Source: a virus. From it: a DNA stretch of 64,000 bases. Location of the stretch: IMG/VR virus record IMGVR_UViG_3300047472_000449; one strand, 5' to 3'. The translations under genes and the position numbers were made by a program. Shown here in pieces: positions 27,752 to 36,098 of the stretch. The notes under the pieces were generated by a model. It did not search any database, was not told where the DNA came from, and worked only from the letters and a program-made list of their open reading frames with translations. How positions within the stretch are numbered: position 1 is the stretch's first letter; each line of letters opens with the position of its first letter.

Positions 27752-28003
27752 ATGTGTAAAGAAGCCATCTGCATTTGCATCCCGGTATCCCAGGCACCGC
27801 ATGGCTGGTTGCGCGTGAGCAAAGCGGCATTCTTCACGTGGGTGGGCGCTCAGGACATCGTGACTTCAATCGGTCGCAGCTACACCGAATACAACTTCCG
27901 TAACCAGCGGCCAGCCGGTCGCCGCTACGAGGATACTGGGGATTACTACCTGCTGGCCGTGTACGCCCGCACTGTCGATCACATCCGCGACGTGGCGGCG
28001 TGA
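27752..28003 (+). CDS. hypothetical protein
   Basis: GTGA overlap with the HTH gene. Confidence 0.7.
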   Translation: MCKEAICICIPVSQAPHGWLRVSKAAFFTWVGAQDIVTSIGRSYTEYNFRNQRPAGRRYEDTGDYYLLAVYARTVDHIRDVAA

Positions 28004-28182
28004 GTCAGTCGCCAAACCCCTCGCCTGCTGCCATCCGTGAGGCTCGCGAGCAGGCCGACCTCACGCAGACGGAGGCGGCTGCCCTGGTGCATACCACCTG
28101 CCGCACATGGCAGCAATGGGAGGCCGGTGATCGCAAGATGCACCCGGCCTTTTGGGAGTTGTTTCAGATAAAGGCCCGCTGA
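28000..28182 (+). CDS. small XRE/KorC-like helix-turn-helix protein
   Basis: PSPAAIREAREQADLTQTEAAALVHTTCRTWQQWEAG. Confidence 0.85.
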   Translation: MSQSPNPSPAAIREAREQADLTQTEAAALVHTTCRTWQQWEAGDRKMHPAFWELFQIKAR

Positions 28183-28252
28183 TTGTTTGGCGGCAACAAA
28201 AAACCGGCACAGCGCTGAAGACGCTCTGCCGGTTTTTTTGTCTGTGATCGCT

Positions 28253-28453
28253 TTATGGGGCGTCTGGATCGTCACCCCATACGGTAGCCTTATCCAGATT
28301 TTTGTCTGCAATGACCTTTTCGATGTTGGCCCTGAGCTGCTTGGCTTCAAGTACTGATCCGCTGGCGCGAGCCGTCCTGTAAGCGCTTACCCAGGCTGCC
28401 AAGCCTGCATTCAGTTCAGCCTGTGTGTTCAGAAGTTGATTTGACTGGGACGT
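28253..28453 (-). pseudogene. 66-codon ORF with ACG in place of ATG after GAGGT RBS
   Basis: GAGGTCATC-ACG-TCC...; reads (M)SQSNQLLNTQAELNAGLAAWVSAYR...WGDDPDAP*. Confidence 0.45.
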
Positions 28454-28497
28454 GATGACCTCGATGTGGCGGTGGGCGAATAGGGTATTGGCCCCGG

Positions 28498-29037
28498 TTA
28501 GTCCAGCGCCAAATCACCCAAAAACGGGACTTCGTAAAAGTTGTCCTTTTTATAGACGCTGATCGCTTGAAAATCCTCGTTGGAACGATACACAGCTTTG
28601 CCGGATTGCTTCACCAGCAGCCAGCCACCGGGTTGCGGAGAGTAGACACTGGCCCAGGCATCATTGACATAAAGCGTGTGGCCGCACTCGCATTGCAGGG
28701 TGCATTCAGCCGAAGGCGCTGCATCAAAATCCCACTGCATCCAGTCCACGAAGCCAGTGATCTTGAAGGCGCGTACCAGTACTGTCTTGCTGTCCTTCGG
28801 CACAGGAGTAAAGCGGTGGACTTGATACGTACGGGGCGGCTTTCCGAGTACCTCTTGAACACTGGTGGAGACGGATACGACACCATCTTCGCAGCTAAAC
28901 GCTACAAGGCTGCCCACCTGATCCTCGGCGTAGACGACATTGCCCATCGACATGGCGATGTGAAACCGTGCCGTGTCAGCAAACAATCGGTAACCGAGTG
29001 CCGAGAGTTGCTCCTGGATCGAGGGTTTGCTGTTCAT
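28498..29037 (-). CDS. hypothetical protein
   Basis: 179-aa ORF, AGGAAAG RBS. Confidence 0.75.
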   Translation of the reverse strand: MNSKPSIQEQLSALGYRLFADTARFHIAMSMGNVVYAEDQVGSLVAFSCEDGVVSVSTSVQEVLGKPPRTYQVHRFTPVPKDSKTVLVRAFKITGFVDWMQWDFDAAPSAECTLQCECGHTLYVNDAWASVYSPQPGGWLLVKQSGKAVYRSNEDFQAISVYKKDNFYEVPFLGDLALD

Positions 29038-29091
29038 GGTCTTTCCTGTGTGCTCGGCAGCATTGGCCCGGTTTGACGGGCCTAGCGTGGA

Positions 29092-29367
29092 TTAGGCGGT
29101 CTTTTTGATTGGCCAAGGGGCATATTGCCCTTCCGGCAGCTCACTGGTCACATTCCGTTCAGCCCACGCGAGGAAGGCCTCTCGGCTGACGGTTGGGTAT
29201 TTGGCGCCAATCCCAACAGCCGGGCCGTCGTACTGGATCTGACTGCCGCCCATGCTCATCCAAATAATCGTGCGATCATTGACGCAAGAGGACTGGCCAG
29301 CGCGGCATGGTTTCTTGGCGCGGTAGGTATTGCCGACTGTCAGAATCAGTTCTTGGCTCATTTGCAT
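29092..29367 (-). CDS. hypothetical protein
   Basis: ORF after promoter 29396-29425. Confidence 0.75.
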   Translation of the reverse strand: MQMSQELILTVGNTYRAKKPCRAGQSSCVNDRTIIWMSMGGSQIQYDGPAVGIGAKYPTVSREAFLAWAERNVTSELPEGQYAPWPIKKTA

Positions 29368-29514
29368 TACCCTGGATTGCTTGTTCGATTGGCTAATAAT
29401 ACAGCTTATTTGCGTAAATGTCAATGCCATTTATCAAGACTGATTGCCGGTTGGCGAGCAGAAACAAAAAGATCGGAGACGCTTGTGGCGACTCCGATCT
29501 TTTATCAGTACAGA

Positions 29515-29976
29515 TTATTCGAGGCCGTAAACCCGCAGATAACCTTTGTCCGATTTGTAGTGCAGCACATCAGTGTCGTGATGACGCACTTGCGGATTAA
29601 CCATCCCGCTCAGCAGGCTCTCGGCGACTTTCACGGCTTCAACTTCGCTGCCGTAGTCGTTTTGAAAGGCCGGAATACCCGCCGACACCAGTTGCACACG
29701 GTAGGAGCCGATCATTCGGAAACCGTTGTCACGGCCCCAGGCAGCAGCTTCGTCTCGCGTGCCGAAATGCAGATTGCATTTCTCGCCGTTGATGGTAAAG
29801 CGCTCGGTGTTTTCAGTAACATCGTAGCCTTTGTAAGGCACGACCCGCGCTTGGGGTTTTTTCGACTCGATGGCCGCATCCCAGGCCCGGCGAGCAATGC
29901 TCTCCGGGGTGTCATTGCGCAACAGCTGCTCGTTGGCGCTGGCCCAATGCTCTTCAAACGTCACCGGTACAGACAT
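29515..29976 (-). CDS. hypothetical protein
   Basis: GGAG RBS. Confidence 0.75.
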   Translation of the reverse strand: MSVPVTFEEHWASANEQLLRNDTPESIARRAWDAAIESKKPQARVVPYKGYDVTENTERFTINGEKCNLHFGTRDEAAAWGRDNGFRMIGSYRVQLVSAGIPAFQNDYGSEVEAVKVAESLLSGMVNPQVRHHDTDVLHYKSDKGYLRVYGLE

Positions 29977-30023
29977 GGTGCTCTCCAGCCGGACAATCGG
30001 AATTGCTTGGAAAACAGCTCAGG

Positions 30024-30317
30024 TCAAGCGGCCTGAGCGGCGGTGTCTTCGTAGGTCATCTTGCCGTTGCCCAGCTTCACGCCCATGCCATCGGCCAGAC
30101 GTTGAATCGCGGTTTCGGCGACGGCGATGCTGTCAGTCCAGAACTCGACGATCATCAGGCTTGGGTGGTCGCCACGGATGAAAGGCTGAGCGACTTTGAC
30201 AGCTTCATCGCTTTTCATCAGATCGGTGATAGCCTGACGCTGTTCGGCGCTGACGTGCATGGCCTGGAAAGCGAAGCTACCAGCGCTTTTGATTTTGGTG
30301 ATGATGATGTTTTTCAT
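30024..30317 (-). CDS. hypothetical protein, paralog of 32056..32346
   Basis: EQR..I...M.SDE...A.PF..GD....L.VEFWT. Confidence 0.85.
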   Translation of the reverse strand: MKNIIITKIKSAGSFAFQAMHVSAEQRQAITDLMKSDEAVKVAQPFIRGDHPSLMIVEFWTDSIAVAETAIQRLADGMGVKLGNGKMTYEDTAAQAA

Positions 30318-30350
30318 TTCAACAATCCTTGGTGCGTTTCAGATGTGCCC

Positions 30351-30390
30351 AGTATATCCAGGCCGAGGTTATTTGTCAATCACATTTACT
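30351..30390 (-). promoter_or_regulatory. sigma70 promoter with palindromic -35 operator
   Basis: TATACT/17/TTGACA; TGTCAAT-CAC-ATTTACT. Confidence 0.75.
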
Positions 30391-30506
30391 TTAATTTGCT
30401 TCAAACACTCTAGCGATCTACACCTTTTTGCGACGGCTTAACCTGTATTCAACCACGGCGAGATTGTATCGATCTCGCCGTGTCTCGCTTACGCCGTGAG
30501 ACTTAA

Positions 30507-30719
30507 TTAGCCTTGAGCGGCCAGCATATCGCCCTGGGTTGCATTTGTGGCCTGGGCGCCCCGCAGTTCGCGATTCATGGCGCGAATCACATCTTCACGA
30601 GTGCGGCCAGACACATTCAGCCCGCAGAATTTTTTCAGATGTTCTTTTGCAGCCTTGGGGGTGATGTGATTGAGATCCAGTTTGGTGGTGAGGGTCTGGA
30701 CGGTCATTTTATCGATCAT
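30507..30719 (-). CDS. hypothetical protein
   Basis: 70-aa ORF after promoter 30754-30793. Confidence 0.7.
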   Translation of the reverse strand: MIDKMTVQTLTTKLDLNHITPKAAKEHLKKFCGLNVSGRTREDVIRAMNRELRGAQATNATQGDMLAAQG

Positions 30720-30753
30720 TTTTCATCACCGCTTTGCCTGTCTTGATGGGTTT

Positions 30754-30793
30754 AGTATATCCAGGCGCAAGCATCATGTCAAACACATTGTCA
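30754..30793 (-). promoter_or_regulatory. sigma70 promoter with palindromic -35 operator
   Basis: TATACT/17/TTGACA; TGTCAAA-CAC-ATTGTCA. Confidence 0.75.
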
Positions 30794-30811
30794 TTAATTA
30801 ATTGAAAACTT

Positions 30812-30982
30812 TTACCGTGCCATTTGCACAGGATCATGAGACAGGTGCTTCGCCTTTTCCACTGCCTCGCCCCGGTGGCTGGCATGAATGTGGAACACCT
30901 CACTTTGATCGTAAGCGGGATCGTTCGGCCTGGGTTTGCCCCAAGTGCCGTTGGGATATCGCGCCACCGTCCAGATCGCCAT
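30812..30982 (-). CDS. 56-aa protein (not in ORF track), paralog of 54993..55208
   Basis: hand translation MAIWTVARYPNGTWGKPRPNDPAYDQSEVFHIHA vs LWTVARFPAGMWSAGGKPSDSDYSLCEVYQVPA. Confidence 0.75.
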   Translation of the reverse strand: MAIWTVARYPNGTWGKPRPNDPAYDQSEVFHIHASHRGEAVEKAKHLSHDPVQMAR

Positions 30983-30985
30983 TAA

Positions 30986-31405
30986 TTACTGACCAAGCTT
31001 CTGCTTAAGTCGCGCAAATTCAGCTTCGTCAGCCGACTTCTGTTCCTGTTTCAGCTTCTCAGCCAGGGCGATGACTTCATCCGTGGTGGGATTGGAAGGC
31101 AGGGCAATATTGGTTTGATTGAAGGTTGTTTTGCCGCTTCTCACTGAGTAATTGGTGGATACGTTGGCGCTATCAATGAAGTAGACATAGTGGGCGTAAT
31201 ATTCACCCTGAACCCATGTTCTGATGCGGTTCACTGCGCGACCATCTGGCAGAACGCCCACTTGCTCTGGATTGGCGATGCTTGCTTCGTTTCTCGCCTG
31301 AGTCAGCTTTTCTTTCTCAACAATCTCTTCAGGGGTTGAGGGGCAGCCCGCCAGCAATACGAATGACGCCATTAAAGAGGTCATCAGAATCTTTTTTAAC
31401 ATCAC
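30986..31405 (-). CDS. putative lipoprotein
   Basis: lipobox LLAGC after hydrophobic stretch. Confidence 0.75.
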   Translation of the reverse strand: MMLKKILMTSLMASFVLLAGCPSTPEEIVEKEKLTQARNEASIANPEQVGVLPDGRAVNRIRTWVQGEYYAHYVYFIDSANVSTNYSVRSGKTTFNQTNIALPSNPTTDEVIALAEKLKQEQKSADEAEFARLKQKLGQ

Positions 31406-31476
31406 TTGTCACCTTCCTGGCTGGTTTATATTTGTTCAATATTATATAAACCAGCCAGATTGTTCAACCGGTGCTG

Positions 31477-31830
31477 TTACTGGCGTCCAGAATTCGCTGG
31501 CGGTTGCGCCATGGGGCGATACATCTTGTCCAGTTCATCCATGGCCCTGATGCGCTCCTCCAGATGCTTGTGCTGAGCGACCAGCTCTTTATTGCGGGTG
31601 TACCAGCTCAGGGCATCGACCCAGGAAAAGTGGTAATCGGCTTTAAACTTCAGCAGATTGCTCCGCGTCGAACCTTCGGTGTGCAGCAGGGCAAAGATCG
31701 TGAAAGCGGTTTTGTCGGCAAAAAACTCGACCGGCTCCAGGCAGCGAGGCGTCACCCGCTCCCACACCATGGTGGTGTTATGGCTCTCATCGCGCTCTTC
31801 GTAGTGCGCGCAATCGTCTTCATGGCGCAT
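31477..31830 (-). CDS. hypothetical protein
   Basis: 117-aa ORF in operon. Confidence 0.7.
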   Translation of the reverse strand: MRHEDDCAHYEERDESHNTTMVWERVTPRCLEPVEFFADKTAFTIFALLHTEGSTRSNLLKFKADYHFSWVDALSWYTRNKELVAQHKHLEERIRAMDELDKMYRPMAQPPANSGRQ

Positions 31831-31834
31831 GCGG

Positions 31835-32026
31835 CTACCCCTTCAGGCTGGCTTCTTGGATCAGGTAGTCCGCGATTTCGGAAATCTTCATGCCGTTGTC
31901 GCGGAATTCGTCGGCGGTCTGCTTTTGTGCGTCGGTGAGCGCTGCCGGATCGAAGGGCACGCGCATGCCCAGCTTCTTCATTTCCGTCAGTTCCAGCGCG
32001 ACTTGCTCGGCGGTGGTCATTCGCAT
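31835..32026 (-). CDS. small hypothetical protein
   Basis: AAGGA RBS. Confidence 0.7.
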   Translation of the reverse strand: MRMTTAEQVALELTEMKKLGMRVPFDPAALTDAQKQTADEFRDNGMKISEIADYLIQEASLKG

Positions 32027-32055
32027 GATGTAATCCTTGGGTGGTGGGCGGTTGG

Positions 32056-32346
32056 TCAGGCCAGACCGAGTTCTTCTCGGGTAAAGCTACCATAGCCCAG
32101 TTCGGCGCCGATACTGTCCGCCAAGCGTTTCATGCTGGCTTTGATCAGATCCAGGTTCGCCGTCCAGAACTCGACCATCAGCCATTCGCGCTGGTCGCCT
32201 TGAAGAAACGGATGGGCCTCTTTCACTTCGTCCGAGCGCATGGTGATCAGGATCTTCTCACGCTGCTCAGGGGTCGGAAAGTACACCTGAAACGAGTGAT
32301 TCTTGCCGCACATGGGCGGCACGTGTTTGGCGATGGCGGTTTTCAT
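32056..32346 (-). CDS. hypothetical protein, paralog of 30024..30317
   Basis: see 30024; GAGG RBS. Confidence 0.85.
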   Translation of the reverse strand: MKTAIAKHVPPMCGKNHSFQVYFPTPEQREKILITMRSDEVKEAHPFLQGDQREWLMVEFWTANLDLIKASMKRLADSIGAELGYGSFTREELGLA

Positions 32347-32388
32347 GGTGACCTCATGTCACATCAAGGGAAAAGAAAGCCTCAGGCT

Positions 32389-32922
32389 TTACGGCACCAG
32401 AGGCAATTTGATCGATTTTCGTAGGTGCTTTCGTTCCGGGTAGAAAATTAGCGGAACGTCTGCATGACCGGCCCGCAGGTAGCTATGCAGACGGTGGTGG
32501 CCGTCATAGAACACTTCGTCATCGCCATCGCCCAGGATCACCGGCCAGCGGCCTTCTTCACCGTACTCGGGCGTATCGCCGTGACTCAAGTACCATTTTT
32601 GATAGTCCTCGAACGATTGGAAATCCTTCGAGATATCGGTATTGCTCATGAGGCCATCTTTGGCCTGCTGGGCAGTGATCGTGGTGATACCAAACCGCTC
32701 GTGACCATAGGCTTCAACAAACCGAGGCAAGCTTGCCTCGAATGCGGCCATCGGGTTGGTGTCACCTGCTCGCGAGTCTTCGATCTCAACTTCCCAGGCA
32801 TCCCCCTCCATGCCCATGTACCACGCCATGGCCAGCTGATACGGCACGGGCAACTGTGAAAAGGGCAAGATTTGATAGTCACTGCCGATCAGGGCATCAC
32901 GGCGAGTCATCGTGGCGCTCAT
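32389..32922 (-). CDS. ParB/Srx-fold protein, tandem family E copy 4
   Basis: RWPVIL...FYDGHHRLHSYLRAGH.DVPLIFYP. Confidence 0.85.
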   Translation of the reverse strand: MSATMTRRDALIGSDYQILPFSQLPVPYQLAMAWYMGMEGDAWEVEIEDSRAGDTNPMAAFEASLPRFVEAYGHERFGITTITAQQAKDGLMSNTDISKDFQSFEDYQKWYLSHGDTPEYGEEGRWPVILGDGDDEVFYDGHHRLHSYLRAGHADVPLIFYPERKHLRKSIKLPLVP

Positions 32923-33509
32923 GTACGTTCCTCGTTGGGTTGGCCAGCCGTCGCAAGCAGGCGATCCAGATTTTCTTGCAGGGTCTGGCGCTGTTCTTCG
33001 GTCAGATGGCAAGCATCCGGAAAGAAGATCACCGGGATATCGGTGTGGCCACTGCGCAAGTAGCTGTGCAAGCGGACATAACCGTCTTCAAAGGTATCCA
33101 TGTACGTGTCTTGCGCCAGGAACACCGGCCAGCGGTTGTCGGCGTCATAGACCGGAACGAGGTTCTGTTCGAGAAACTGCTGGTGGTACTGCTCAAACGT
33201 GCCGTATTCCTCAACCAGCGTTTTGCCGTCAACGGTTTCGTAGTCGGTCATCACCGCATCTTTGGCCTGCTGTGCAGTGATGGTGGTCACGCCGAACAGA
33301 ACATCACCGTTTTCCTCAACGTAAAACGGCAGACTTGCGCGCAGTTGATCCATCACGTCGATCATCGCAGGGTGCAGATCAGGCCAGTCCCAGGCGCAGC
33401 CATCCACAGCCATGTACCACGCAATGGCCAGCTGATGTGCTTGCGGCAACTGCGCGAATGGCAGGACTTGGTATTCGGTGCCGATCAGGCTGTGGCGTCG
33501 TCCAAGCAT
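32919..33509 (-). CDS. ParB/Srx-fold protein, tandem family E copy 3
   Basis: RWPVFL...FEDGYVRLHSYLRSGH.DIPVIFFP. Confidence 0.85.
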   Translation of the reverse strand: MLGRRHSLIGTEYQVLPFAQLPQAHQLAIAWYMAVDGCAWDWPDLHPAMIDVMDQLRASLPFYVEENGDVLFGVTTITAQQAKDAVMTDYETVDGKTLVEEYGTFEQYHQQFLEQNLVPVYDADNRWPVFLAQDTYMDTFEDGYVRLHSYLRSGHTDIPVIFFPDACHLTEEQRQTLQENLDRLLATAGQPNEERT

Positions 33510-33584
33510 GGAGGGTCTCTTGATAATTAAGGGGCTGCGAATTATGGGCTCGCGCTGCCTAAACAGCGCGGGCACTCAGGGTGA

Positions 33585-34124
33585 TTAAGCCATCGACTCC
33601 TGCACCAGCAGTTGCAGGTGCTTGCGATCCGGGAAGAAGACCATTGGAATGGTCTCATGACCGTCGCGCAGGTAGCTGTGCAGGCGCTCATAGCCGTCCT
33701 GAAAGGTTGCACTGGCGCCGTTGCCGAGGATCACTGGCCAGCGCTTGTCGTGGCTGTAGGTCGGGAAATCGCCGTTGCGCAGGTATTCGGCGTGAATCTC
33801 TGCAAAGGACAGACGAACGCCCAGTGTTTCGGCATCATGTTGCAGCGATTGCTTGGCCTGCTGAGCAGTGATGGTATTCAGACCGAACGGCACGGTGCCG
33901 TGGTTTTTGACGAACTGCGGCAGGTGCGCAGCAAACTCCGCCATCGACGCCGGGTCGCGACGGTCGAAGTCAGGCTTGTTTTTGAGGGTGTCAGACCATG
34001 AATCATTATCCACGGCCATGTACCATGCCACAGCGAGCTGATGCTCGACTGGCAGGTGGGCAAAGGTGGTGATTTGGAAATTATTGCCGATCAGGGCAAC
34101 GCGTCGAGTCGTATCGTGGCTCAT
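33585..34124 (-). CDS. ParB/Srx-fold protein, tandem family E copy 2
   Basis: RWPVIL...FQDGYERLHSYLRDGH..IPMVFFP. Confidence 0.85.
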   Translation of the reverse strand: MSHDTTRRVALIGNNFQITTFAHLPVEHQLAVAWYMAVDNDSWSDTLKNKPDFDRRDPASMAEFAAHLPQFVKNHGTVPFGLNTITAQQAKQSLQHDAETLGVRLSFAEIHAEYLRNGDFPTYSHDKRWPVILGNGASATFQDGYERLHSYLRDGHETIPMVFFPDRKHLQLLVQESMA

Positions 34125-34177
34125 GGCGCTTTTCTCTTTTTCTGTATTGTTAAGGCGGGATGTGTTCAGCTGTGCCC

Positions 34178-34207
34178 ATTCTAACGATAAGAGCCATTTC
34201 TGTCAAT
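34178..34207 (-). promoter_or_regulatory. sigma70 promoter for the family E operon
   Basis: TAGAAT/17/TTGACA. Confidence 0.7.
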
Positions 34208-34298
34208 GATAAAAACAATTATGGGTGGCAAATAAATAATTAGTTAAAATCTATAGATCATCCATCGCGCCATCTGACGGCGCGATGTGTCGATGTCT

Positions 34299-35615
34299 TT
34301 ACAGCTGATGCTGATCAGCGAAGAAGATCACCGGGACATCCCGATGACCGCTACGCAGATAGCTGTGCAGGCGTGCATAGCCGTCAATAAAGGCGCTCGG
34401 GTAGGTGTCCTTGGCCAGAATCAGTGGCCAGCGATCCTCCGGTGCATAGCCAGGAATGGGCGCATAGCTGAGGAATTTCTGATGATATGCCTCAAAAGAG
34501 CCATGCTCCCTGAGTATCTCAAAATCCGTCATCACAACCTCTTTGGCTTGCTGGTCGCTGATCGATGTAATTCCAAAACGGACATCGCCAAAACGCTCGA
34601 TGTAGCGGTGAAGATTGGACTGAAGTTCGTGCGTCAGATCGGCCCCGGCGTAACTCGGCGGAGTGAACGCGCTCCACCATTCGTTGTGATCGACAGCCAT
34701 GTGCCACGCAACCGCCAGTTGATGCGACACAGGCAGCTCTGCGTAGCTCATGATTTCAAACTCAGACCCAATCAATTGGCGACTTCTTCCCTCTTCTGCC
34801 AGTGACTCGGTGAGTGTCGGCGTGAATGTGATTTCGGGCTCGATGGCGCCTTCAAAGTCAATGGCTTCAAAATCAAGCTTGGGGGTCAAATACGTTCTTT
34901 TGGCGGGTGGTTTTGGTCTATAGCCCATGCCGCGACAGCCCCAGCATGTTTTTCGTTGTGGGCAAACTGATTCCAGTTGTCCTTTAGGAGTCGTTGTCCA
35001 GCTGGTAATTATGACGTTGTAGCCACGCCCCTGACAGGAGTCGCAGCTGACAAGATCGGGCGGTAGAGTGCGAAGGTCATTGGACAGTGGAAACAACTCA
35101 CCTCCAATGTTCTTTTCCCAATCGAAAAACGGCTCTTTTCCCCTCGCGTCTCGTTCGATTTCCCAGCGCATTTTCCGCTGTAGTTTTTTGATTTTAGGGT
35201 GTTGGTCGAGTGCCAGAATAAAAATAACGGGGTCGGCGTTGTCACTCCCTTCGACATAGGCATGCAGTGTTTGAATGCCATCTTTCTTGCCGAATGGATT
35301 GAGCATCACTGGGTGCTTGAGATTGAAATCAGTGTAGTTGCTTAGGAGTTTTTCATCCCTCAGGTGTTGTAGATAGTCTTCAAATTGCTCAAAGCGACCG
35401 GCAACGTCAGGGTGGAGCATCAGGGCTTCTTTGGCCTGCCCTACCGTCAACAGTGCGATTTTAAACAATGCCTCTTGCGCAATGGTAAAGGGCATTTTGT
35501 ATTGGTATTCCCAGCCCACAGAAAGGCCACCTTCCGGGAGGTTTCCATAGGCAATGTCACGAAAATCGTAGGTGCTGACCAGTGCGTGGAGCCAGTCAAG
35601 GCGTGCCTTAATCAT
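34299..35615 (-). CDS. family E copy 1: degenerate ParB-like domain + CxxCxGxG zinc finger + intact ParB-like domain
   Basis: N-term TVGQAKEALM...HPVML...DGIQTLHAY; CDSCQGRG/CWGCRGMG; C-term RWPLIL...FIDGYARLHSYLRSGH. Confidence 0.85.
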   Translation of the reverse strand: MIKARLDWLHALVSTYDFRDIAYGNLPEGGLSVGWEYQYKMPFTIAQEALFKIALLTVGQAKEALMLHPDVAGRFEQFEDYLQHLRDEKLLSNYTDFNLKHPVMLNPFGKKDGIQTLHAYVEGSDNADPVIFILALDQHPKIKKLQRKMRWEIERDARGKEPFFDWEKNIGGELFPLSNDLRTLPPDLVSCDSCQGRGYNVIITSWTTTPKGQLESVCPQRKTCWGCRGMGYRPKPPAKRTYLTPKLDFEAIDFEGAIEPEITFTPTLTESLAEEGRSRQLIGSEFEIMSYAELPVSHQLAVAWHMAVDHNEWWSAFTPPSYAGADLTHELQSNLHRYIERFGDVRFGITSISDQQAKEVVMTDFEILREHGSFEAYHQKFLSYAPIPGYAPEDRWPLILAKDTYPSAFIDGYARLHSYLRSGHRDVPVIFFADQHQL

Positions 35616-36054
35616 TGACGCTGTTCTCCCTGATGTGACTCAAAAGCTCACGCGTTTCATCGGCGAAAGCGGTTGACCAGATGCGTTTTTCGTCCGTCGT
35701 GAAGGGCTGCATCTGAAAAAGCGCCAGTTTTTCCTGGTACTTCTCAAACATGTGTTGAGCCTCTTTGAGGATATCCACGCGCAAGCGCTCGGTGGCCTGT
35801 GGGATGTCCTGTTCCAGGCACGCGATACCGCGACACATATTGCTTCCGGGATCATTGCGGGTCATGCGCATCAATTCGCTGGCAGGAAATTTATGGCTGT
35901 TCCGATGGCAATAAACCCCATCCACCAGCTTGGCGTTCACCGGCAAGATTTGGAGGATTGGTGCATTGATGTCGTCCACTGAGGTCAGGAGCAATTTGTA
36001 GTAAGTGTCTGGAAATTCCGGATCGATCACAATTTCTGTCATGGGGCTACTCAT
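35608..36054 (-). CDS. hypothetical protein, paralog of 4402..4776
   Basis: see 4402. Confidence 0.8.
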   Translation of the reverse strand: MSSPMTEIVIDPEFPDTYYKLLLTSVDDINAPILQILPVNAKLVDGVYCHRNSHKFPASELMRMTRNDPGSNMCRGIACLEQDIPQATERLRVDILKEAQHMFEKYQEKLALFQMQPFTTDEKRIWSTAFADETRELLSHIRENSVND

Positions 36055-36098
36055 GTATTAAGGTTTTGGGCACAAAAACAGGGATTCTGATCTGGCGT

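Noticed and set aside
29125-30036. 303-aa plus-strand ORF (also 32733..33530, 7954..8730, 45777..46505)
   Set aside because: Antisense shadows of minus-strand genes that have RBS, promoters or paralogs.
30802-31008. 68-aa plus-strand ORF with CPKC
   Set aside because: The opposite strand encodes a 56-aa protein with a clear paralog at 54993.
32389-35615. Family E as a parABS partition locus
   Set aside because: No ParA ATPase, no HTH/dimerisation domain and no parS palindrome nearby.
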